Of a stretch of 20,000 bases of DNA, positions 1 to 8,478 are shown piece after piece. Under the pieces are notes generated by a model. It ran no database searches and was not told the origin of the DNA. It was given only the letters and a program-made list of their open reading frames with translations. Made by a program: the position numbers and the translations under genes. Source of the DNA: an uncultured virus (IMG/VR IMGVR_UViG_3300023110_000026). Its lineage: Duplodnaviria; Heunggongvirae; Uroviricota; Caudoviricetes. Numbering within the stretch: the stretch's first letter is position 1; every line of letters starts with the position of its first letter. The stretch lies in the IMG/VR virus record IMGVR_UViG_3300023110_000026; one strand, 5' to 3'.

Positions 1-1145
1 GGTTGATAAACTTCACCATTGCTCCACGAATCTTCGTATTCTAATCCTGGAACAAAAATTGACCAATTGCCTTCATCTGTTGCAAAACTATTAGTTGCTG
101 TATGAGCCGCTGTACAAATCCAAATGTTTGCGCCATATTTTACAATGTCATTAATTCTATAACGTGTACCTGTTGACCAAGTTTCTCTGTATTCAATACC
201 TTTATGAAAGTGTTGCCATTTTGCTTGATCTACTTCTAATCCATCTGCTAAATCTGTTGCAGACTGGTGGCCTTGAATACAAACATAAATTTGACCACCA
301 TACTTAACAAGGTCATTTAGTTTGTACCTAGTTGAAATTGCCCAGTTGTTTTTCCATTCAAAACCTTCTGTAAAAATATTCCATCTGTCTGCAACTGAAG
401 CAATTCTAAATGTCACATTAGGAGCGCCACCACCACCAAGTTGTGCATCAGTAATTGTTAATACATCGCCAACTGCATATCCTGTACCATTGCTTGTTAA
501 TGTAATCGCAACACCACCAATGTTATCAACTGTGGCATCTAAAACTAATCCTGATCCAGAACCGTCTGTTGGTGTAATTCCTGTATATGTTCCCTGACTT
601 CTAGAAACGTTTGCCGCTGATATCGAATCAATTGTTAATGCTTTACCATCGTTGTCGTTTTCTAAACCATCACTGTCTGAAGATGCTGTTGCACTTGATG
701 TATGATCATCAATACAAACATAAACTGTTCCGCCATACTTGGCAATATCATTAACTTTATATCTTGTGCTAGTTGCCCAAGCGCCGGTATAATTAAAAAA
801 TTCTGCGTATGTGTCCCAGTCGCCTTGGTTAAACTCTAAACCTTTTGTTGTTGTATCGGCTGAAGTGTGGCCATTATTTGCAATATATAGATAACCACCA
901 TATTTTACAACATCACCTGTTTTATAATAAGTGCTAGTTGCCCAGTCTTCCTTCCATGCAGAACCATCAGCAAACGTATTCCAGTTTGCACTATCTACAT
1001 AAAAGTCAGCGTCTGCGGTATGTGCTTCAGTACAAATATATACTTTACCACCGTACCTTACAACATCGTCTTTAACGTATGCTGTACTGGTTGTCCAGTC
1101 GCCTTTCCATACAAATTTAATTCTTCCTAATAGAAATTCAGCCAT
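1..1145 (-). CDS. Virion structural/adhesin protein with tandem CBM5/12 (ChtBD3)-like repeats; N-terminal part only, runs off the left edge; paralog of 1178..7762
   Basis: Not in the ORF track because there is no stop inside the window. ATG at 1145-1143 is preceded by GGAG. My translation: MAEFLLGRIKFVWKGDWTTSTAYVKDDVVRYGGKVYICTEAHT..., open to position 1, with 5 complete W-x5-Y-x3-D-x-V-x-YGG-x-Y-x-C-x3-H repeats and the start of a sixth. Confidence 0.9.
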   Translation of the reverse strand, partial: MAEFLLGRIKFVWKGDWTTSTAYVKDDVVRYGGKVYICTEAHTADADFYVDSANWNTFADGSAWKEDWATSTYYKTGDVVKYGGYLYIANNGHTSADTTTKGLEFNQGDWDTYAEFFNYTGAWATSTRYKVNDIAKYGGTVYVCIDDHTSSATASSDSDGLENDNDGKALTIDSISAANVSRSQGTYTGITPTDGSGSGLVLDATVDNIGGVAITLTSNGTGYAVGDVLTITDAQLGGGGAPNVTFRIASVADRWNIFTEGFEWKNNWAISTRYKLNDLVKYGGQIYVCIQGHQSATDLADGLEVDQAKWQHFHKGIEYRETWSTGTRYRINDIVKYGANIWICTAAHTATNSFATDEGNWSIFVPGLEYEDSWSNGEVYQ

Positions 1146-1166
1146 GTTTTGCTCCGATATCGTAGT

Positions 1167-1174
1167 TATTTATT
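1167..1174 (-). promoter_or_regulatory. T4-type late promoter -10 box (AATAAATA)
   Basis: Minus-strand AATAAATA in the 32-nt gap between the two CBM-repeat genes, upstream of the GGAG SD. It matches the TAAATA core found in other gaps. Confidence 0.6.
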
Positions 1175-1177
1175 ATA

Positions 1178-4100
1178 TTATGCTCCGTAGTTATCATTCG
1201 TATTCCCTCCGGACTCATCTTGTCCTCCAAAATCATCTGAAATAGCAATGTCAGTACCAAATGCAAAGAACGCTCTAGCCGCCATATCACCGCCTACACC
1301 GCCTTCAAACGATATTTTTGCTTTTGCTTGTATAACACTACCGTCGGTAGTATCTATTTCTTGACCACTATCACCTGATGTAATAACACCAGCAGTGACT
1401 TTGTTAACATTAACACTAGAACCACCACCTGTAATACGTGATTTAACGTATGCCGCTATTGCTTTTTGTGTTGGTACTACGTTATCACTGTTTGCTACAA
1501 ACAGCGGATCAATTGAGAACTCTTTAATTACTGCACCCGTACCACCAAGTGTCACACCACCTAATGATAATTCTGTTAATCCTGATAAATCAAACTGATC
1601 AGCATTAATAGTAATAATACCCGATGCCTGCTCAACTTCAAATAGTTCACCTACTCTAAAGTTTCCATCTTGGTCAGTGGACGAGTAAAACACTCTACCA
1701 CCATCACTAAAGTCTGTTTCGTTTTGTTGTTTTACAGCATCTTCGTCTGCTTCAGTAAATCCTTGTAAGTATCTTACAGGATATCTAGTTGAATTTTTAT
1801 TACCAGTACCAATATCTAGGAAGTCATGGAATGTTAAACGAACCTGACTGTATTGTTCACGCATTACTAGTGCTGTGTTATGATCTGGTGACTCGTCAAC
1901 TCCTAATGTTGGACTAATCTGTATTGTTGCTGACAACGTTGGTTCAGATCCTGTAATATCAGTGACTTTTGTGACCAAATATGTTTTTCCGTCAATACCT
2001 GTAATTGATAAGTTAGCACCCGGACCTGGTTCTCTAGTTAAATCAGTGACCTTAATTTTGTTTCCTGTTTGATATACATCAGCATATCCGTCGCCTGTGA
2101 CACTTGCTGTTGCACTTCTAAATTTAGTACCTCTATTTCTAAATGAAGGTTGAGGTAATACACCATTTGCAATTCTTAATTTAACATAAGGATCAACAGT
2201 TGCTAAAGGATCACTAACTGTCATACTCATAGCATCTGTTTCTTCAATTGTAATTGCTGTTGCGCCAGCATCTTCTGTGCTACCATAATACAGACCACTT
2301 GGTGCATCATATTGAATTTCAATTTCAACTGTACGATTTGCATAATCTGCAAAATCTCTAAGGAACACGTCTCTGCTTACAACTGTTGTTCCAAAACGAT
2401 ATACAACATTATCGGACCAAACAATAGTTTTAGCCGCATCTTGATAGATATTCAATGGATGAATGTTATCTTCAACTACACCGTCAACAACTGCACCACC
2501 ATAGTTTTTAAGTGATTCATCACTTAAATCAAAAGTATATCTTCTACCTTCAGTAAATGTTAATGTTGGGTTTTCGCTTCCGTCGATAAAATAAACATCT
2601 GCTGTATCTGCCGCATTTCTACCAAATGTGACAGCAAACGTATTATTAACATTCAATAAATCGCTTTCGTAGTTTGAACCTGGATCATAAATCCAAAACT
2701 CGCCTGCTCTTGTATTTTTAACAAACATTCTAGCAAATGGTTTTCTACCTGCTTGAATTACAACAGCATTTTGTTCGCCTGAACCTTGTAGAGGACTACC
2801 ACTTCCCATTAATACAAATTTACATGAGTTTCCAGGAGTACCAATTCCACAAGTGGTCCAATTAGCAGTAGTTGGAAGAGTTTTTGCTTCCCAAAAAATT
2901 CCATTTTCTGAAATTGCAAATTCGTCCGTATTAGGTTTAAATGCTACATATACACCTTGGCCGTATCCTAAGAACCAGTTGCCTGTTGATGGTAAAACAT
3001 TTTCTTGTCTATACCACGCACCATGGCCGCCTGTTGGATTAATCCATACATCGTCGCTATTTGTTTCTGTTGCAAGGAAAATGTTATTACCATAAACCAT
3101 GCTTTCAACATTTGACATATCTCCCATGCTAACAAAGTTTTCAGCCCATTCAGTATTACCAGGTGTTTTTGTATAAATTCTCATTTTAGAAGAATCCCAG
3201 TCACCCGCTACTGCAACAAACTTGCCGGATCCGTATGCCATTCCTCTAACGCCGCCGTCAAAACTTTCTGCTGACGGTAATTGTCCTGCTGTCCATGTAT
3301 TGCCATAATCTAAACTTTGGAAATATTCAGGCGAGCCGTTTGATGTCACTAACCATTCTGAACGCCCATCAACTCTTACAAGTGCATACGAACTATCTGG
3401 TTGTACACCTGATCCTGTACTATTATAGTTTACATAATACATAGGAACACCAACTAACGAGTTGGGTACTGTCCATACTACTTTTCTTGTTTGCGCCGCA
3501 TTAAATCCTGATACATAAGCCGCTAAATCTGCAACTTGTTTATTATTAAGATAATATTTTACGCCTTCTGTATATTCGTCGCCGCCGCCATTAATACCTT
3601 CCGGAGTTGAACTAAAATAAATTGGGCAGTTGTTATTTGAGCCATCGTTTTGATTAAACGTATAAGTATTTCCTTCAACAACAGAAATATCTGGAGCAGT
3701 ATTTACTGCGCCATCAAAGTGATAAAGTGGATTGTCTCCAGGTACAGAAACTGTGACTTTAAATGTCTGCTCAATTGTTGGGTTATCACCAAATGCAATA
3801 TATCTTGTTTGAACTCCTGTACTATCGTTAGTGACCTCGTACATTGTCCAGTTTTCGCCGTCGCTTGATACCGCAACAATACCTTCTTTAGCAACAGCAA
3901 CAAACTTACCGCCACCGTAATCTAAATCTTGCCAAGACCAACGACCGGTTGATTGTGGAAGATTACTTCCATCCATATTTCCGGCAGTCCAACTAGTACC
4001 GTTTGTAGAATAAACAAACTGATCTGTTCCTGAATTACCAAATTCACTTTGTGCAATAGCAACGTATCTATTATTACCAAACACAACTTTTTTATAGTCT

Positions 4101-7100
4101 AATGGAGTGTTAACATTGATGCTTTCAGTTGCAAACGGAGGTTTACTAAATTCAACTCTTGGCTCAATTTGATAAAATGCAGTATCGTCAAGACTTGTTT
4201 GAATTGGAGTCCCTGGAATCCAATGATCCCAACCTGGTAAGTCGTCACTTTCTCTTAGAATATATGCAACTTTACTTGACGGATCGTATGATTGGATATA
4301 ACCGTATTGTCCTTTACCTTTACCCTGCGTAATAAAAATACGCTTTCCATCATAAACACCACTACTATCTTCAACAGTATCAGTTGCACTTAATAAAAGT
4401 GTAGAACCTGTTCCACCTTGTGACTGACCTGTAGTAATACTAAATCCTGAACCACCAGGTGTAGATGAATCACCCGGATCAAGCATTCTAACTTGTGATA
4501 GTGATTTGTTTCTAAATTCTTTAAATTCTGCTTCTAAGTTAGAACCAGTACCTGAAAATGCATCAATATCTGCACTTGTATAATTTTGTCCAGCGTGTGC
4601 ATAACCAAACAAATAAATTTCGTTGTCTAAATCTGTTAATACGTTTGATACTGTTGCGTCATTATCTCTGTTGTTTACATTTGCTGTAATTGGTGTTTCT
4701 AATAAGTCATACCCTTCAGCAACAGAACCGTAATCACCGTATGAGTTGTTTCCGTTTGTAGCACGAATCTTTCCGCCTGCTTCAGACAAGTATCCAATAT
4801 GACAATAATATGTAAACACTGATACAAGTTCTGATAATGCACCGTTAGTGACCCAAATACCAATACCGCCACTTATTACTTGTGTAAAGTCGTTAGCAAC
4901 AATAGATTTATTACCACCTAAATGCAACCCACCGTCAATTTTCATTCCTACACAATTAGTACCAAATGTTGTGACATTTTGCACATAAGTAGATTTAGAT
5001 GTGACCCACACATTACTATCACTTGGACCTGTTCCTGGATCTAAACTAACAAACGCAGGATGTCCTCCTACTGGACGTTTAGTGCCAAACTCGTTAACAG
5101 CACTCATAGTTCCTACAAGGCCTTGTAGAGTACAATTTCTAATACCACAACCATTCTTTACGTGGAACATATCTGTTCCTTCGTATCCTGCGGCCGGAAC
5201 AATTCTAGTTGATCTTAATTCATCTCCAACTACTGCAACATTAGCAGGAATTTTTAAAGGTAATATTTCTTTAAATTCACCAGTTGAAACAAATACTGTT
5301 GCTGGTGTTCTGTTTACTGTATCACCTGCAATGTGATCTAGTGCATACTTAACAGTTCTAAACGGATTTTGTTTTGTGGCGCCGCGTGTTGCTTCGTCAA
5401 CACCGTCAAGTGCTACATAAAAATTATTTTTAGAATCTCCTAAAAGATCCCATTGTGGACCTTGTCCTAAACTTGAGTCTGCATTTGTTTGTGGTAAACC
5501 TTTAAGTACAGTTCCTAGGTCACCAATTTCTAAACGCTCATTTGATCCTGCACTGTAAGTTTTAATATCGCCAGGTCTTGCAAGTACGTTTGTTCTAATA
5601 CCTTGTACGTATACTTTCCAGTATACTGGAATAGTTTTTCTTGTATCTTGATCCGGTCTACTATTAGCACTATTAGCATCATGTCTTCTAATACACTGAT
5701 AAGCAGTTCCTGCCCAAAGTACAATGTCGCCTAATTCGTATGCATTAAGTGTAGAGTCTGCATCAAAATCATTCCAAGGTCCTTTAAAAGAAACACCAGG
5801 CATTAATAAATCCCAATTAGATGTTCCACTAACTGAAATTACTTGAACACCACTTGATCCTGTGTTATTATAATCTGCAAAATAAATTGCATCTGGACAA
5901 TCAGGTTCAAGTTTAACAATAACTTGTCTAACTGTTGCTGTATTAAATCCTGAATTATAATCTTCTAAACTTGCTACAATTTCGTCATCTAAAATATAAG
6001 TTGTTTGCACTCCAGTAAATAATTCATTACCACCATCTGCTACATTTAAGAATCCGTCTGTTGTATCTGCTGGATAAATTGGATGAGAATCGTTTGAACT
6101 ATGCGATTGATCTAAAATTAATGTAGTGCCACGTGTATAAGTTTTATTTGGTGTTGTGACTCCGTCCCAATTAAAGGCTGTTCCAAATGTAATACTAACA
6201 TCTGTTTTAATACCGCTGTCTGGTTTACTACCAACGTTGTCGATAACTGCCCAGTACAAATAACCGTGATTTCTTACAACATCACCTACTTTATAAGGTT
6301 GTACCGCAGACCAATCATTTTTAAAATTATACCATTCACTTAAAAGTTCCCAATCATTTACTTCTACTGAAGGAACTTTATTAGTATGGAACGTTTTACA
6401 ATAGTATGTATATCCACCATATTCAACAATATCACCGGGTTGGTAATTTGTATCTGCGTTCCATTGTTCTTCATATGCCATTCCTGCAACATATAAATTC
6501 CAATAAGATTCTGTGTCTCTAAATAACGGATCATCAGTTTCCTCGTCAGTGCCTGTGACAGTATGTGTAGCATTACAAACATAAATTGCTTGACTATGCC
6601 TAACCATATCACCAACTTTCCATTTAATTGTGTTTGGTGTTCCGCCTTGAACGTGTGCTGTTGGTGCTGTCCAGAGACCTTTGTATTCAATACCAGGAAC
6701 AACTAAATCCCACCAACCTTCTACGTCTACTTCGTTTTCAAAATTACTTGTTGAAGTGTGTTGAGCATTTGCTCTATAAACATATCCTCCATAACGAACA
6801 ATGTCTTGTGGTTTATAATTTGTTGCAGGTGCCCATTCGTTTAACCAATCATCACCTGTGACTATTCTTTCCCAATATCCTTGATCGCCTGCTAGTCCTT
6901 CGGCATTTGTTCCTGAAGTGTGTGCAGTTGTACATCTCCAAGTTGAACCGCCGGCTCTAACAACATCACCGACTTGATATGGTGTAAATCCAACCCAATC
7001 TCCAGACCAATGAGATCCAAATACGTGAGTTGTCCAAAATCTAATGTTATTTGCGTGACCAAAATCAGCATCTGTTAGTGCCTGGTGTCCTTGTGTACAA

Positions 7101-7762
7101 CGGTAAATTATGCCGCCTCGTTCTACTAAATCGTTTATGTAATATAGTTTAGGCGTAATAGTAATAACATTGTTTCCGGTTTCAGGATCAATTGAACTTA
7201 CTGAAGTACTGTTTTGCCATGCACCCTGCCAACTATATCCTTCAGACATAATTTCCCATCTAGTAGTAGCAGGAGTACCGCTAACTTCTAAACTTTGAAC
7301 TACACCAGGTACAACTAACGCACCTTCGTATGCATTATCAACTGTGGCTACTGTGACTGTTGCATCATTTACTCCGCGGACGCCGCCTACTTGATCGCCT
7401 GGAATTACAAAATATTCTTTAGCAACATAGTTTCTACCACCAGCAACAAGTGTCACAGAATATTTCTTACCGCTTCGTGTGACTGTAAAGTCAATTCCTG
7501 TTCCGTCTACTGTTGTATTTTGACCGCCAGCATTTGCAGATAGGTTAAATTCGTCATCAACACCGTTTGGTGCACTATATGGCTCTGGATATGTAAAGTC
7601 ATATAAAAAGTCGCCATAAAAATCATCTTGTGATGTGTGTGCCGCTGTACAGAAGTAAACATTACCATTAACTGTCACAATGTCATCTAGTGCATATGCG
7701 ACATCAGGCGCCCAATCGCCTCTGTATTTGTAAGTAAATCTGTCTAGTTTAAACTGTGCCAT
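1178..7762 (-). CDS. Large (2194 aa) multi-domain tail fibre/receptor-binding-like protein: 8 CBM5/12-like repeats, pectate-lyase-like beta-helix, beta-propeller-like region, 3 inserted beta-sandwich modules
   Basis: Repeats such as GDWVGFTPYQVGDVVRAGGSTWRCTTAHTS; beta-helix start FYVALDGVD...NPFRTVKYAL...GDELRST; Asp-box-like YSTNGTSW, VSSDGENW, QSLDYGNTW and ISENGIFW with YGGGKFVAV blades; SD AGGTGAG. Confidence 0.8.
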   Translation of the reverse strand: MAQFKLDRFTYKYRGDWAPDVAYALDDIVTVNGNVYFCTAAHTSQDDFYGDFLYDFTYPEPYSAPNGVDDEFNLSANAGGQNTTVDGTGIDFTVTRSGKKYSVTLVAGGRNYVAKEYFVIPGDQVGGVRGVNDATVTVATVDNAYEGALVVPGVVQSLEVSGTPATTRWEIMSEGYSWQGAWQNSTSVSSIDPETGNNVITITPKLYYINDLVERGGIIYRCTQGHQALTDADFGHANNIRFWTTHVFGSHWSGDWVGFTPYQVGDVVRAGGSTWRCTTAHTSGTNAEGLAGDQGYWERIVTGDDWLNEWAPATNYKPQDIVRYGGYVYRANAQHTSTSNFENEVDVEGWWDLVVPGIEYKGLWTAPTAHVQGGTPNTIKWKVGDMVRHSQAIYVCNATHTVTGTDEETDDPLFRDTESYWNLYVAGMAYEEQWNADTNYQPGDIVEYGGYTYYCKTFHTNKVPSVEVNDWELLSEWYNFKNDWSAVQPYKVGDVVRNHGYLYWAVIDNVGSKPDSGIKTDVSITFGTAFNWDGVTTPNKTYTRGTTLILDQSHSSNDSHPIYPADTTDGFLNVADGGNELFTGVQTTYILDDEIVASLEDYNSGFNTATVRQVIVKLEPDCPDAIYFADYNNTGSSGVQVISVSGTSNWDLLMPGVSFKGPWNDFDADSTLNAYELGDIVLWAGTAYQCIRRHDANSANSRPDQDTRKTIPVYWKVYVQGIRTNVLARPGDIKTYSAGSNERLEIGDLGTVLKGLPQTNADSSLGQGPQWDLLGDSKNNFYVALDGVDEATRGATKQNPFRTVKYALDHIAGDTVNRTPATVFVSTGEFKEILPLKIPANVAVVGDELRSTRIVPAAGYEGTDMFHVKNGCGIRNCTLQGLVGTMSAVNEFGTKRPVGGHPAFVSLDPGTGPSDSNVWVTSKSTYVQNVTTFGTNCVGMKIDGGLHLGGNKSIVANDFTQVISGGIGIWVTNGALSELVSVFTYYCHIGYLSEAGGKIRATNGNNSYGDYGSVAEGYDLLETPITANVNNRDNDATVSNVLTDLDNEIYLFGYAHAGQNYTSADIDAFSGTGSNLEAEFKEFRNKSLSQVRMLDPGDSSTPGGSGFSITTGQSQGGTGSTLLLSATDTVEDSSGVYDGKRIFITQGKGKGQYGYIQSYDPSSKVAYILRESDDLPGWDHWIPGTPIQTSLDDTAFYQIEPRVEFSKPPFATESINVNTPLDYKKVVFGNNRYVAIAQSEFGNSGTDQFVYSTNGTSWTAGNMDGSNLPQSTGRWSWQDLDYGGGKFVAVAKEGIVAVSSDGENWTMYEVTNDSTGVQTRYIAFGDNPTIEQTFKVTVSVPGDNPLYHFDGAVNTAPDISVVEGNTYTFNQNDGSNNNCPIYFSSTPEGINGGGDEYTEGVKYYLNNKQVADLAAYVSGFNAAQTRKVVWTVPNSLVGVPMYYVNYNSTGSGVQPDSSYALVRVDGRSEWLVTSNGSPEYFQSLDYGNTWTAGQLPSAESFDGGVRGMAYGSGKFVAVAGDWDSSKMRIYTKTPGNTEWAENFVSMGDMSNVESMVYGNNIFLATETNSDDVWINPTGGHGAWYRQENVLPSTGNWFLGYGQGVYVAFKPNTDEFAISENGIFWEAKTLPTTANWTTCGIGTPGNSCKFVLMGSGSPLQGSGEQNAVVIQAGRKPFARMFVKNTRAGEFWIYDPGSNYESDLLNVNNTFAVTFGRNAADTADVYFIDGSENPTLTFTEGRRYTFDLSDESLKNYGGAVVDGVVEDNIHPLNIYQDAAKTIVWSDNVVYRFGTTVVSRDVFLRDFADYANRTVEIEIQYDAPSGLYYGSTEDAGATAITIEETDAMSMTVSDPLATVDPYVKLRIANGVLPQPSFRNRGTKFRSATASVTGDGYADVYQTGNKIKVTDLTREPGPGANLSITGIDGKTYLVTKVTDITGSEPTLSATIQISPTLGVDESPDHNTALVMREQYSQVRLTFHDFLDIGTGNKNSTRYPVRYLQGFTEADEDAVKQQNETDFSDGGRVFYSSTDQDGNFRVGELFEVEQASGIITINADQFDLSGLTELSLGGVTLGGTGAVIKEFSIDPLFVANSDNVVPTQKAIAAYVKSRITGGGSSVNVNKVTAGVITSGDSGQEIDTTDGSVIQAKAKISFEGGVGGDMAARAFFAFGTDIAISDDFGGQDESGGNTNDNYGA
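5610..7730 (-). repeat. Eight protein-level CBM5/12-like tandem repeats (boundaries approximate)
   Basis: Recurrent W...Y-x-x-(G/D/N)D-(I/V/L/M)-V...G-x-x-Y-x-C...H...W units in the translation. Confidence 0.8.
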
Positions 7763-7779
7763 TTATTTCTCACCTATAT

Positions 7780-8127
7780 TTAACTGTAATCATATGGTTG
7801 ATTTACTCTTGCGACTAAATTTCCATCTTCGTTGATGTAGTAATTAATCTTTTGGTAATCCCATCTGTATTGTTCATATTTTAAGTTGTTATAAACCTTT
7901 TCGTGGTTTACATCTCTACCTTCAAAAAAGTCTTGTCCAATATCAAAATCGTTATAGTTCTCTGCACTATTACCAGGAACGTTAATTTCAATTTGATCAT
8001 TTGGATTTAATTGGTCAACAATAGCAAGGTAAATTGTACCGTCGTCTAGTTTTCTTAAACCATAGAAGTATCTGGTATTCATACCATCTATTAGTTGTTC
8101 CATATTTCCGCCGATATAATTTGCCAT
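7780..8127 (-). CDS. Hypothetical protein (115 aa), likely virion-associated
   Basis: ORF with SD AGGAG, tightly packed between structural genes; aromatic-rich (RYFYGLR, YEQYRWD). Confidence 0.8.
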   Translation of the reverse strand: MANYIGGNMEQLIDGMNTRYFYGLRKLDDGTIYLAIVDQLNPNDQIEINVPGNSAENYNDFDIGQDFFEGRDVNHEKVYNNLKYEQYRWDYQKINYYINEDGNLVARVNQPYDYS

Positions 8128-8139
8128 CGTTATCTCCTA

Positions 8140-8469
8140 TTAAGTTTGTTCCGCATAACTTATTACTGCGTCAACGCTATCTGCATAACTTGACGAAATT
8201 TGTAAAGTATGATATTCATCTAGTACTAATTTCTCACTACCATTTAATGCTCTTAGTGATCCGTTTGGTGGTATTGGAACATCTTTTGCGTAATATGCTA
8301 CAACACTACCTGCGTCTTTAACCATAACACTTCCTAACACTGTACTATCTTTTGTATTTGCTAGTGAAATGCCCATAATTACAACTTTTCTATTAACAGG
8401 AACATTGATCGCATCAATTGGTAATTGACCTACGTCTTTTATAATTGCATTTTTTAATATCGTTGCCAT
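8140..8469 (-). CDS. Small beta-rich virion protein (109 aa), paralog of 12805..13149
   Basis: Shared pattern I-x-x-x-N...(V/L)-x-(I/V)-P...EK-(L/F)-V-(L/M)...(V/T)-IS. Starts 9 nt after the stop of the 1228-aa gene. Confidence 0.8.
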   Translation of the reverse strand: MATILKNAIIKDVGQLPIDAINVPVNRKVVIMGISLANTKDSTVLGSVMVKDAGSVVAYYAKDVPIPPNGSLRALNGSEKLVLDEYHTLQISSSYADSVDAVISYAEQT

Positions 8470-8478
8470 CTATTTTCT

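Noticed and set aside
7777..7783. TTAAATA overlapping the stop of the 115-aa gene as a late promoter for the 2194-aa gene
   Set aside because: The predicted start would fall inside the SD (AGGTGAG), and the motif may simply be TAA plus an AT-rich spacer. Not called.
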